Shown here one piece after another: positions 44,001 to 56,195 of a stretch of 64,000 nucleotides of DNA. The notes beneath the pieces are model-generated. The model saw nothing but the letters and a program-made list of their open reading frames with translations, was not told the origin of the DNA and ran no database searches. The position numbers and the translations under genes are program-made. The stretch is from positions 4,588,001 through 4,652,000 of the forward strand of contig CATNEN010000007.1 of assembly GCA_950097015.1 (NCBI GenBank). Reading direction: 5' to 3'. Source of the DNA: Macrostomum hystrix (Eukaryota > Animalia > Platyhelminthes). Every line of letters begins with the position of its first letter. The stretch's first letter is position 1.

Positions 44001-46060
44001 TCCCTGAATTATTATTTTTTAATTATTACTTTATAAATTGTTTATTTCAGATTCCATGGAAAATCATTCTTTAATCCGAAGGTTGTAAAAATTTCGTAAG
44101 TCCCTTTCGCGTTTCTTTTGATTTTTGTTAATTGAGATCGATGAGCCATGTTTTCAGAGCAACTGTGGCATCAATCTCGGCCCCCTTTCATTTCAAAACC
44201 CTTTGTATACTTTCTCATGCGTTGCATACACAAGTATACTGACCATACTACTATTAGTATTTCCCCGAACTCTTACAGACCAGCCGCAATCATGGACCCA
44301 GCAGCACCGAGCGACCTTCCACAGCCAATGCCCGCTAAAACTCATCAGGCTCCGAAAATCCCAGAGCAGCCTGCGAAACCTGTTCCTACAAGGCCGGAGG
44401 AAGAATCGAAACCGTAAGTCTAGCTTAGTCTAATCTAAAACTATCCGAATAGGGACTCCAAGCCAGTCGTCGTTTCTAAATGGGTGCGGGGGTCTTCACC
44501 CAGGTGGAGAGTGTGGGGGGGGGCGAAACCCTACATTTTTTCCATCAATTTGACAACAGCCGAGGTTACTTATGATAATATCTTGAATGAACTAACGGAT
44601 AATCAACAGGGTCCTGGGTGTCGTGGGTCCTGGGTGTCGTGGGTCCTGGGTGTCGTGGGTCCTGGGTGTCGTGGGTCCTGGGTGTCGTGGGTCCTGGGTG
44701 TCGTGGGTCCTGGGTGTCGTGGGTCCTGGGTGTCGTAGGTCCTGGGTGTCGTGGGTCCTGGGTGTCGTGGGTCCTGGGTGTCGTGGGTCCTGGGTGTCGT
44801 AGGTCCTGGGTGTCGTAGGTCCTGGGTGTCGTGGGTCCTGGGTGTCGTGGGTCCTGGGTGTCGTAGGTCCTGGGTGTCGTGGGTCGTGGGTCCTGGGTGT
44901 CGTGGGTCCTGGGTGTCGTGGGTCCTGGGTGTCGTGGGTCCTGGGTGTCGTGCGTCCTGGGTTTCGTGGGTCCTGGGTGTCGTGGGTCCTGGGTGTCGTT
45001 CTTCCAAGCCATCAAGTTCCATGTGCCTCTAAGCATTTTCGAGCGCGATTGCTACTAAGCAATGCTACTAATATTGACATTGCTACTAAATGGTGAAATA
45101 TTCACATTTTCAGGGAGTCCACCTTGGCATCCCTCAAGATTGACGATCTCATCGGGCGCGGGGCTTTCGGAACAGTTTACAAGATAGATGACAGACGCTG
45201 CGTCAAGTGCATCAAAGTTCCCATAAATGCAGGAGAAGAGCCCAGCGCCAGGAAAAAATCTGTCCTGGACTCAATCGATGCCGAACTAAACCTGTGCGAC
45301 CTGGAGCACAAGAATATTGTGAAGTTCTTCGAGATTCGCTACAAAGGGAAAGACGATGTGATCATGGTAGTCATGGAGTATGTGCAGTACAGCAAGACAC
45401 TCACTGTATTCCTGAAGGGCAAGCCTATCCAAGTCGCAGTGAATCGTGAAATTTCTGCTCAGGTGAGAGAATTTCTGGCAATTGAAGGGGAAAATGAGAA
45501 GAGAAAATTAACGGATATATTCGTAACTATCTGAGCAATTCCCTCGTGACCTATTTACGCCTCTGCAGATTTGCGACGCGCTGAGTTACATCCACTTGAA
45601 GAGAATTGTCCATCGAGACCTGCACGGCGACAACATTCTCATCACTGGAGACAACTACCACGTGAAGCTCATCGACTTTGGCCTGTCTCGGCGGCTCTGC
45701 AGCTCAACGTCGCACTTTCTGGAGAGCGGCGTTCAGCCAAAAGGAGTCGTCAACTTTCTGGCGCCAGAGAGATTCGGCTCGGCCTCGGATAATAGCAGTG
45801 GTCGCATCTGTCCGAAGTCGGATGTGTGGGCGCTTGGCTGCGCCGTCTACTTCATGGCCACTGGCACAGTGCCCTACGAGGAGGTGAAAAACATTTGCTT
45901 TCTCAGTATGAAGATCGCACAGTTTGGTGCTCCGCCATTGTCAGAGCCTTGTGACGGCCATATGGCCGACTTCTACGCAAAGTGCACAGAGAAGGATTAT
46001 CGCAGCCGCATGTCCGCTACTGACCTGCTGGAACATGCCTTTCTTAAACACAGTAAGTAA
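38069..46060 (+). CDS. Ankyrin-repeat Ser/Thr protein kinase (exons: tentative 38069-38113 and 39783-39827; then 39929-40422, 43249-43285, 43509-43978, 44279-44413, 45114-45462, 45569-46060)
   Basis: Two ankyrin blocks (GVTPLMEAA, GLTALDIA, GWTSLHSAA, RWTALMQAA), a Pro-rich linker, then a kinase domain with GRGAFG, CVK, HRDLHGDN, DFG, APE and KSDVWALGC. Splice phases are consistent (0,0,2,0,2,2,0). A GTAAG after 46054 may indicate a further exon. Confidence 0.86.
40397..40604 (+). repeat. 38-bp tandem repeat spanning an exon end and splice donor, about 5.5 copies
   Basis: Unit CATGGACTGGCGACTGTTATTGAG(A/C)TGTGAGTGCAGAG. The first copy contains the real exon end. Confidence 0.9.
40638..43153. 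repeat. 28-bp intronic satellite, about 90 copies
   Basis: Unit GTTTGAA(T/C)AGATGGTGCAGTGAGTACCA, highly homogeneous. Confidence 0.98.
44608..45000. repeat. 16-bp G-rich intronic minisatellite
   Basis: Unit GTGGGTCCTGGGTGTC. Confidence 0.95.
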
Positions 46061-46544
46061 GAAATTACACAAAACCAAAGAGTATAGAGGTCGCCTAGTA
46101 TAGAGTTCCAATAAGGGCGAAAATCTGAAGCCGGTTTTTAGAATCCACCCACACCCTCCGGTCACCAAACTTTTTAGTCTATGGCACAAGTTGTGGCTAG
46201 AATGGTGTACAAAGCCAATGCTCAGAAATATAAGACATTTCACGCTTAGAAAATGCATGTATCAAATAAGCAAGACAACATCGCTCAGTCACCAGACTCA
46301 GTTGCCGTCGTCGATACAACTCCGTAACAGCCATGCCATAGCCCTTACGTCTGAACAACAGCCATGCCACTTCCTGCTTATTTGCTCATAGTACTGTTTT
46401 CTGTCGCTCTGCCTGTTTATTACTTATGTTTTTTGCTTTTCCCACTGCTGCACCTTCACTCTGCCTGTTTATCACTTATTTTTTTGTCTTTCCGACTGCT
46501 GCAAGAATCCTGCTCAACTTCTTTTCTCCTTACACAATACAATC

Positions 46545-47709
46545 ACGGATCGGGGAGGTTTATGAGAGAGGATCGGGGAGGTTTATGAGAGAGGATCGGG
46601 AATATTTAGGAGAGAGGATCGGGAAGATTAAAGAGAGAGGATCGGGAAGATTAAAGAGAGAGGATCGGGAAGATTAAGGAGAGAGGATCGGGAAGATTTA
46701 GGAGAGAGGATCGGTAAGATTAAAGAGAGAGGATCGGGAAGATTAAAGAGAGAGGATCGGGAAGATTAAGGAGAGGATCGGGGAGATTTAGGAGAGAGGA
46801 TCGGGAAGATTAAAGAGAGAGGATCGGGAAGATTAAAGAGAGAGGATCGGGAAGATTAAAGAGAGAGGATCGGGAAGATTAAAGAGAGAGGATCGGGAAG
46901 ATTAAAGAGAGAGGATCGGGAAGATTAAAGAGAGAGGATCGGGAAGATTAAAGAGAGAGGATCGGGAAGATTAAAGAGAGAGGATCGGGAAGATTAAAGA
47001 GAGAGGATCGGGAAGATTAAAGAGAGAGGATCGGGAAGATTAAAGAGAGAGGATCGGGAAGATTAAAGAGAGAGGATCGGGAAGATTAAAGAGAGAGGAT
47101 CGGGAAGCTTAAAGAGAGAGGATCGGGAAGATTTAGGAGAGAGGATCGGGAAGATTTAGGAGAGAGGATCGGGGAGATTTGGGAGGGAGGATCGGGAGGT
47201 TTATGAGAGAGGATCGGGAAGATTTAGGAGAGAGGATCAGGAAGATTAAGGAGAGAGGATCGGGGAGATTTAGGAGAGAGGATCGGGGAGATTTAGGAGA
47301 GAGGATCGGGAAGATTAAAGAGAGAGGATCGGGGAGATTAAAGAGAGAGGATCGGGGAGATTAAAGAGAGAGGATCGGGAAGATTAAAGAGAGAGGATCG
47401 GGAAGATTAAAGAGAGAGGATCGGGAAGATTAAAGAGAGAGGATCGGGAAGATTAAAGAGAGAGGATCGGGAAGATTAAAGAGAGAGGATCGGGAAGATT
47501 AAAAAGAGAGGATCGGGAAGATTAAAGAGAGAGGATCGGGGAGATTTAGGAGAGAGGATCGGGGAGATTTAGGAGAGAGGATCGGGAAGATTAAAGAGAG
47601 AGGATCGGGAAGATTAAAGAGAGAGGATCGGGAAGATTAAAGAGAGAGGATCGGGAAGATTAAAGAGAGAGGATCGGGGAGATTTAGGAGAGAGGATCGG
47701 GGAGATTTA
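46545..47709. repeat. 23-bp purine-rich minisatellite
   Basis: Unit GAGAGAGGATCGGGAAGATTAAA. Confidence 0.96.
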
Positions 47710-48045
47710 GGGGGATGAGTGGCAGAGCGGCTAACGCGTTTGCCTCTCGCACCAAGGTCCCTGAGCTAGATTCCACGGCGAGGCCACATTTGGGGCGCAG
47801 CCGCGGAGAGAATGCTACGGGTTTTTTCGTGCAATTTACGCCCTTGAGGGCCAACCTCTAACGCACAGTGAGAGTGTACACCGCCTGATGATTAGAAAGT
47901 CAGTGCAGATGTACACACCTGTACTCCCAGTACTTATGTGCGTGTGCGCTTAGGAGTCAGCTGAGTGGGCAGAATTGCCTCCTCGCTGGCTGCGGGTCTA
48001 GTGTCACCGAATGATGCTCCAAGGCCCGCAGCCCTCCTGCAATCA
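47710..48045 (+). mobile_element. SINE family 1 copy
   Basis: GTGGCAGAGCGG A box, body shared with the other copies. Confidence 0.75.
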
Positions 48046-50678
48046 TTATTTTTGTTCTTTAGTATCGCGAAGATTTTGGACAGTGAATCGGGAAGATTTG
48101 GGAGTTAGGATCGGGGCCTTCGATTATGTATATTTATATATTTTCAAAGTCTAGTTGGTACTACTATCTAATTAGGCTGCTTTCTTTCATATGTAATTGT
48201 CTTCTTTTCTCAATCCTGTAAATTTTTCTACAACAAGCATGCAGAGTGCACCAAGCAACAAGTCTATTTTTAGATGAGCGATTGATAGATTTCTAACGAA
48301 TCTGTCAATCTTTTACGCATAATTTACGCAATTAATCATATTGATATTTTACACAAAATATAGTTTAAGACAATTTTTCCTAGGCCTAATTTAAATTATA
48401 GAATAGAATAATATGAATCACAACATTTTACATTTCATGCAATCTAGCTGGGTTTGACTTTCAAAGGAAAAAGAAACACAGTAGTATATTTTACAATATT
48501 GTATGTTTATAATTTATGATACTTTTGTAATACTCATTTTAGTGATCTTCAGCCAATTCTGTTCCTTTGGTTTAAAAAAGTGTCTATTCGTATTTACTTT
48601 AGTTTAATCTAAAATATTATGTCAATAGGCCTAATCTATAAATCTATAAGACAAAGCAAAACAGAAAAGTCCTTGATTTCATTTTTTAAACAAAACCAAC
48701 TTTCCTTTAACTTTGACTTCAGGACTTTTAGAATAGTTAGAATTCACTTATAAGTTCAATTAGGCCTATAAGGTCTTATTTTACACTTTACAAAGCACTA
48801 GGCCTATACAGCATAAACATATGGTGTATAGGCCTAGCCTACTGAAAAAGCTGATTATGCTAGGCCAAACTATAAGATTTCAGACTTAAGTGCAAGTGGT
48901 TATTCAAAAAAGATTTTGGTAGTGGTTTACAATTATAGACTATAGTGTTTTTAATCTAGAATTAAGCAATTAAGCAACTTAGCAACCATATCTTTGTGGC
49001 AATAGCAAATAGTGTAGTTCCATTGGAAAACTAATTTTTAAGTTGAACTTGCGCCAGATACACATGGGAATTTAAAAAATTTATTAACTGATCTGGCATT
49101 GAAGCTTTCTCCTATGAAACTTTATATGAAATAGTTCCAGTTTTAGTGGGTGTATAAATATGTCTATAAATGTTTTTGGGGTTGTTAAGTTCAGAAAAGA
49201 AACCAGTTTGTTCCATCTACAACCACTTTCTATTGAATGGCTTCCCTGTCATGAGATAAACATACTTTGTGGTGCATAGGGAATGAGGAATTTTTTTAAG
49301 AAAAAAAATTGTTGGGTGCTTTATTTTTGGAAAAATGCAAATAAATAGGATCAAACTTCAATAGAGTCAAGGGGACCTATTGAAGATTACTCTTATTTAT
49401 GATTGGATGGCCTTTAGTCTAAAGGCTTTTGTAGGAACCCCAATACAGCAATACATAGGAATACCATACTAAGCAGGACATGGTGATTGATGGGTATGGG
49501 TCAGGTAAATTTTGTGTGAATAATAAATAGGATTAACCTTCAATAGAGTCAGGGGGACTTATTGAAGATTAATACTATTTATTAGGGCCTATTATGCGAG
49601 CTTAACTGCCTAAGGACTTTTTTGTGGATATCCAAATATATATGATTGAGTCACCATGACAATGATGACTAATGACAGCAACAACTACATTCTTGCAATA
49701 TATCTCATATTTTTGTTAATTTATTGATCCATATATAATTGCTGTTCGTAAAAGAATGTAAATCAAGACTATTTTTAATTAACTTTTCATAAAAAAGGTT
49801 AACAAACTTGTATTAATTACTTCACATATATGTTTTTAAAGTTACAGCCTATAGGCAAGCTAAAAACTTATAAAATATAGTCAGTCAACAACCCACTGTT
49901 TTCTAGTGGGTCTATGACTCAGTTGGTGAAGTTTCAAGTGTAATGGAAAACCTACAAGCGTAAAGTATTTTATAGGATCAAAGCTCATGAAGCCACTTTC
50001 TACCTTGAAGTGTCTATGGTAGAAAGTGAAAAAATAAAACAAATGGTAGTCAGTACTTAGTAGTAGTTTGTATTTTTCAGTCTTGGAGGTCATCCAGCCA
50101 TGTTAACTGTAGTTTATTGAAGTTAGTAGAGGTTAGTAGAAGCAGAAGTTGATACAGCCACATTTCTACCATAGACACTTCTTGAATTCTGAGAGAGGAT
50201 CGGTAAGATTCGATGTCAGTTATGTATATCTAAATTTCCCATGCATAGCTAGTGCAAATTAAAATAAAAAAATCACAAATGGAAATGCACTATTGCCTTT
50301 TATCTTTCTGTGCTTTTGGTTGGTATGATCATGAATTAGGCCTATCTTGACTTGATCTATGTATTTTGTAGGGGAAAACTTAGTTATATATATATTTATA
50401 GTAGGCCCCTATAACTTAAAAACAGATAACTATTTTATTTTAGTTGCATTGCTATTAATTCAAAAGTCCATCACATAACAGCAAGGTCTATGCCTTTGAA
50501 GAACTTGGATCTGATATATTGTCATTTTCCTCCTAACACTGAACCTTAGCATATTTTTTTTTCTGATAACAGCAGTTGCCATATTTGGCAAGTCAATTAT
50601 AAATTGCCTGCACGAATCCAGTGGACCAGCTAACAACTGCTTTTCCAGGTGTTCCGTTCTCCCACCCACGCAGCGTCC

Positions 50679-51572
50679 ATGTCGGCAGTGGCAGCCGCCT
50701 CGACGGCCGCTGTCATTGGCGACTCACCTCCAGTGTCGCCGCCGCCAATGTCGATTCCAATGTCGCCACTGCCTCCGCTTCCTTCGCTGACTGTGCCGGA
50801 CGAATTCCGTCGCAGTTTCGGCGTCTTTCAGCAGCGACAGCTTCTTGGCAAAGCGGCGACTTCCTCCGCCTCAGCAGCCACCAACTTACTCATCAATGGT
50901 GGCGGCGCCCGCATCGGTCCTCGCCGAGCCCGCCTCCGGGCCCGCCTGGGCCAGGAGCTGACGGAGGCCGTCAACCGGCGCCAGTCGGTGAGGGTTCGAC
51001 GCCTGCTGGAGGCCGGCGCGCCGCCCAACGTGGCGGACGGCAAGGGCCGCACGCCGCTGCACGTCGCATCGGCCAGAGGCGACCTCGACCTCGTTGACTG
51101 CCTGCTGAATTGCGGCGCTGATCCCGGCCGGGTGGACTGCGTTGGCAACACGCCGGCCAGGCTGGCGGCGGTCACCGGCCGTCTGGACCTGGTCACTCGC
51201 TACCTGGCCGCCGGTGCCACCCAGGCAGAGCTAGGCCGCAGCCCGGTGGCCCTGGCACGCGATGGCCTGGTCCGGGCCAAGCGGGCGTTCAGCCTCACCG
51301 GCGACGCTGCAGCCCTCCTGCAGGCCTACAGGGACGCTCGGTCGCTGCTGCGCACCTGCCTGGCCATTCACGAGCGCCGACCATCGTCGCCAACTTTGCC
51401 AGCTTCGGCAACGTCGGCGTTGGCATCTCTGCAGCCTCCGGAGCCGCCGCCGCGTCTGGCCTCGTCCTCGTCCTCCTCTTCGTCTACCATCTCCACCGGC
51501 GGCGGCACCACCGTCGTTGAAGCTGAAGAAGTCGACCATCTGCTGCTGCGGCTTGAAGGCTTCCGATTTTAA
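50679..51572 (+). CDS. Ankyrin repeat domain-containing protein 54-like
   Basis: GADP/GAPP-type repeats (ADGKGRTPLHVAS; DCVGNTPARLAA; LGRSPVALA) and a C-terminal EEVDHLL...F helix resembling ANKRD54 as recalled. An AG acceptor at 50647-50648 suggests an upstream exon or trans-splice site. Confidence 0.75.
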   Translation: MSAVAAASTAAVIGDSPPVSPPPMSIPMSPLPPLPSLTVPDEFRRSFGVFQQRQLLGKAATSSASAATNLLINGGGARIGPRRARLRARLGQELTEAVNRRQSVRVRRLLEAGAPPNVADGKGRTPLHVASARGDLDLVDCLLNCGADPGRVDCVGNTPARLAAVTGRLDLVTRYLAAGATQAELGRSPVALARDGLVRAKRAFSLTGDAAALLQAYRDARSLLRTCLAIHERRPSSPTLPASATSALASLQPPEPPPRLASSSSSSSSTISTGGGTTVVEAEEVDHLLLRLEGFRF

Positions 51573-52028
51573 CAGATAAATTTAAATATATTTCAAAGTT
51601 AAAGTTTTGGGAGATTCACATATAATCATGCATCGATTCGGATATATTTCTATGTAAAAAAACCACGTTTCTTAACAGTAGAACTACCAAGGGAGATTTT
51701 TGGCCCCAGAAAATTTTTTGCTGCACCGAACGAGCAGCACAAGCACACGAAACATAAAAACACGCGCCAACTTTTTGTTGTGCTTCTTCTAAAGCAAGAA
51801 TCAAGTCGCCAACTCTTCAGACGGTCGAATTTTTCAATGGCTCTGGCCGAAGGTCTGATTCATCCCATAAGCGCTAGTGTATTTTATACACCCCTATACA
51901 CGAATTTGCACTGCGCCTCAGTGCGGCCTTGCCAGGCCTTCAAAATTTATCAGTATGTCACCCGAATGCGCCTGCATCATCTCCGTCTTCGGTTGTCACC
52001 TACCTTTATCTAGACGGATTTGCTGGAC

Positions 52029-53735
52029 CTAAACACCACACTCCCAGGCACGACGGCAGACAGAGACAGCAGTTGCGACACAGCAGAGAGCGAACGAGGG
52101 AAGGGCACCGTCTATGGCCCACATGCAATATATTCAAAATGCACACAAAAAGGCTAAAGCAAGAAAAAAGGAAGCAAGGAAAAAGAAAAATTTTCACACC
52201 ACGCAGCGCGAAGAGATAAGGCTGGGCAGTACGCGGGCGCCGGCTGAAATACAACCCAGCTCAAAGCGGAGGGATGGGTGTCTGGGGTGGGTGTTTACAC
52301 CCAATCAGCGAGCGCCGATTGGGCACTAAACACCACACTCCCAGGCACGACGGCAGACAGAGACAGCAGTTGCGACACAGCAGAGAGCGAACGAGGGAAG
52401 GGCACCGTCTATGGCCCAAACCCAAAAAAAGAAGAGGAAGGGGGGAGGCACGCATCATAAAATGCAAACGAGTGTGACGCCGGTACGCACTTAAAACAGA
52501 GCTAAAACATAAAACACAAAATGGTTGAAAGCGTAAAGAAGTTACAAGCAAGACCAGCGAGCGTAGCAAACAACAACTAAACGTAAAAGCAAAAAAAATA
52601 CAGAAGACAGAAGTCGCCAGCACTTCGTCCACAGCGAGTACAAAAGAAAGAGGTCACAAAGAATGTTTGAGCGACATATCAAGGGTCAAACGCACGCTGA
52701 TGGCGAAGGCGAAGAGATGGGCTGAAGCAGGGACGGGCTGGTTGGCATGCAGGTGGTGTCGCAGCGCTGCCACCGGACAGAGCGGGTGCTGCGCCTCGCG
52801 TCGAAGGCGTGGCAGGACCACGCGGTGCACTCGCTCACGGAACTGGTTGGTCTTGGACTTGCGGACATGCTGGATTGCCAGGTCCGAGCCCAACCGTAGG
52901 CCTTCAACAATGATGGCCTCTCCCGGTGGCGGCATTGGGGTCGGGCAGCACAGGTTTGCGCGGCGCAGCAGGCCCCAGAATCCGACCAGGACAGCCGCCC
53001 AGAAGGCTGCGTCCTCCAGAATATGCAGCTGCAGTACTCCCCGCAGTTTGAGAAGGTGGTTTGGCTTGATTGGAGCCTTGCGCGCGGGTGGCCTAGCCAG
53101 CTTGCGTCGCACGCCGCGGAGGAGCAGGTCGATGCGAGGGTCGCTTGGGAGGCTGCGGCCAGTCTGCAGCTTGCAGTACAGGTCGGCGGCGTTAAGGTAT
53201 GCGCCTATGCTGGCATGCGATGTGAGGCGGTCGGCCAGCACGATGACGTAATGCGCGAACTGCTGTGCTGACGGTCTGGTGCTGTCGATGCGCGTTCGCT
53301 TACAGAAGCGTTGCCAGGAGGCAATCTGGCAGCGGTAGGAGCGCGCTGTCGTGCCTGCGAAGGCCAGGCTGCAGAGCTCGTGGTAGCGGCGGCTGAGGTG
53401 CGAACCCGGGACCGTAGGCGAGCGATCTGCAAAGAAAGGAATTGGCGAAAAGGGTGTGCTCATGAAGGTTGTCAGTTTCAATGTCCACTGTGCCGTAGAG
53501 CCGGAGCAGAAAATTTGCCAGCTCGCTGGTGTCATCTGCGCGACTGCCGCTGTCCGCAAAGATCTGGAACGTCCCAGGCACATGGAAGGCTTTTCATTGG
53601 AATGGAAGGAAAATTTTCACACCACGCTGCGCCAAGAGATAAGGCTGGGCAGTACGCGGGCGCCGGCTGAAATACAACCCAGCTCAAACGGAGGGGTGGG
53701 TGTTTACACCCAATCAGCGAGCGCCGATTGGACAC
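52029..53735 (-). mobile_element. Internally deleted Ngaro-type (DIRS order) tyrosine-recombinase retrotransposon
   Basis: Minus-strand order is A1 (53735-53610), internal region, B1 (52418-52326), A2 (52327-52187), B2 (52121-52029). The B copies are identical over 93 bp. The internal ORF is tyrosine recombinase. Confidence 0.88.
52654..53583 (-). pseudogene. Truncated DIRS/Ngaro tyrosine recombinase
   Basis: TARSYRCQIASWQRFC, DLLLRGVRR, FWAAVLVGFWGLLRRANL (catalytic R), RKSKTNQ (K) and LCPVAAL. It stops before the HxxR and catalytic Tyr segments. Confidence 0.85.
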
Positions 53736-54212
53736 TTCAAGGGCTACAACAGGTAAACTAAGCCACTATGGACACCCTGACACGAATTTTTCCAATTTCA
53801 CTGATCAAGCCTAAATACTAGGCGCAGCTCAACTACAGAACACCATCGCCTAGTCTGTCAACCAATCAGGCACCACCCAACGCTCTTAGAATTTTTGGGC
53901 GCCGCCAGAAAAGTTTTCTTTTGATCCTACCAATTCTCTGTTTTGTTTCATAAAAATACTTTTTAACTGTTAATATCCAAAAACTTGAGCCTGCGGTCGA
54001 ACTGTTTATTGCTTCAAATATTCAGTATTGTTTTATTTTATAGTCCTATTTAGTTCGCATTCTCTGGAATTCTCACCTCAGTTTAGACCATTGTGCATCA
54101 GTAATTATCTCACTGTTATCTGCTGTTTGTTGGTACCGCTTCAATGGAATGGAAAGCAGATAATGGAATCACCGCTTCTGACACTATTATATTTCCCTTG
54201 TCCTCTTTCTCT

Positions 54213-54722
54213 GTTCCCAAAATGAGACTGCGCCATTCCCCGTATCCCAAAATGAGACTGGGCCATTCCCCGTATCCCAAAATGAGACTGGGCCATTCCC
54301 CGTATCCCAAAATGAGACTGGGCCATTCCCCGTATCCCAAAATGAGACTGCGCCATTCCCCGTATCTCAAAATGAGACTGCGCCATTCCCCGTATCCCAA
54401 AATGAGACTGGGCCATTCCCCGTATCCCAAAATGAGACTGGGCCATTCCCCGTATCCCAAAATGAGACTGGGCCATTCCCCGTATCCCAAAATGAGACTG
54501 GGCCATTCCCCGTATCCCAAAATGAGACTGGGCCATTCCCCGTATCTCAAAATGAGACTGGGCCATTCCCCGTATCCCAAAATGAGACTGGGCCATTCCC
54601 CGTATCCCAAAATGAGACTGGGCCATTCCCCGTATCCCAAAATGAGACTGGGCCATTCCCCGTATCCCAAAATGAGACTGGGCCATTCCCCGTATCCCAA
54701 AATGAGACTGGGCCATTCCCCG
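54213..54722. repeat. 30-bp minisatellite, about 17 copies
   Basis: Unit CCCAAAATGAGACTGGGCCATTCCCCGTAT. Confidence 0.97.
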
Positions 54723-55481
54723 TGGGATTTGCCCCTTCAACAGATCCAAATAGAATCTTTCCGCAGATCTCGAAGAGGGACTTATTATTTTCGTCGGGCA
54801 AGAAAGCTCTATATTTTTTTACAATACTTGTGTTTCGCTGTTCTATATGAAAGATTTTATGGATTATCTTGATACAAATACATTACTCACTACTCATTCG
54901 CTAATTAATTAGTAGTGTTTTGTGGAAATCGCCACCAAATTAGTTGCAATTTTTTAGACAAGAGAGATTTTCCTGGCAATCTATTTAGCCTATGCTTACT
55001 GTCATAATGGTTTATCATCGGTTCAGAATTAAATTCGTCATGTCAACCTAGTTGACTGCATTTAACTAACTGCAACTGCGAAACAACTGAGACCCAGTAG
55101 CCCAACAGTTTCGTATTATCATTTATTCATCTACCTGTTAATTATTGCCGCGCGATTCGTTTATACTCTCAGCAGCTCATTAATTTTTGTCTCTACTGTT
55201 TTTGTGTGATAACAAAATGAACTCTTAGTCGTGCTATGTGACCGTTGTCGCTCTTTAGTACTTTGTAATCATGAAGATTTGTTTTTTTCATCAAAGTAAA
55301 TAGATGGCAAGTAGTCCCAGCTAAATATGATTTTTCTGATTCATGTGCAGAAAGTATCTCGTACTTTGTACAGAGAATCTGCTGCAAAAATCAACATAAC
55401 TTGCTGATTTTTTAATTTACTAATCTTGTGTTATTTTACTAATTTTAATTTATTTCTAACATGCACTGAATCAGTATAACC

Positions 55482-56195
55482 CCTCAGGTACAGCATGACT
55501 GAATCAGGTACATGGCCGAGTGATCAGGTGTAGCATGACCCACTCGGGTGAAACATGACCCACTCAGGTACAACATGACCCACTCAGGTACAACATGACC
55601 CACTCAGGTGCAACATGACCCACTCAGGTGCAACATGACCCACTCAGGTGCAACATGACCCACTCAGGTACAACATGACCCACTCAGGTAAAACATGACC
55701 CACTCAGGTGCAAGATGACCCACTCAGGTACAACATGACCCACTCAGGTACAACATGACCCACTCAGGTAAAACATGATCCACTCAGGTGCAAGATGACC
55801 CACTCAGGTGCAACATGACCCACTCAGGTGCAACATGACCCACTCAGGTACAACATGACCCACTCAGGTAAAACATGACCCACTCAGGTAAAACATGACC
55901 CACTCAGGTACAACATGACCCACTCAGGTACAACATGATCCACTCAGGTAAAACATGACCCACTCAGGTACAACATGACCCACTCAGGTGCAACATGACC
56001 CACTCAGGTGCAACATGACCCACTCAGGTACAACATGACCCACTCAGGTGCAACATGACCCACTCAGGTACAACATGATCCACTCAGGTGCAACATGACC
56101 CACTCAGGTACAACATGACCCACTCAGGTGCAACATGACCCACTCAGGTACAACATGAACCACTCAGGTGCAACATGACCTACTCAGGTGCAACA
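55482..56195. repeat. 20-bp minisatellite, about 35 copies, running into the SLC35F ORF
   Basis: Unit CATGACCCACTCAGGT(A/G)CAA. Confidence 0.96.

Noticed and set aside
49994-50181. 19-bp inverted repeat (50007-50025 / 50163-50181) and local hairpins, plus a duplicated hairpin at about 49350 and 49540
   Set aside because: There is no TSD or family context. They are probably old TE debris and I cannot support a call.
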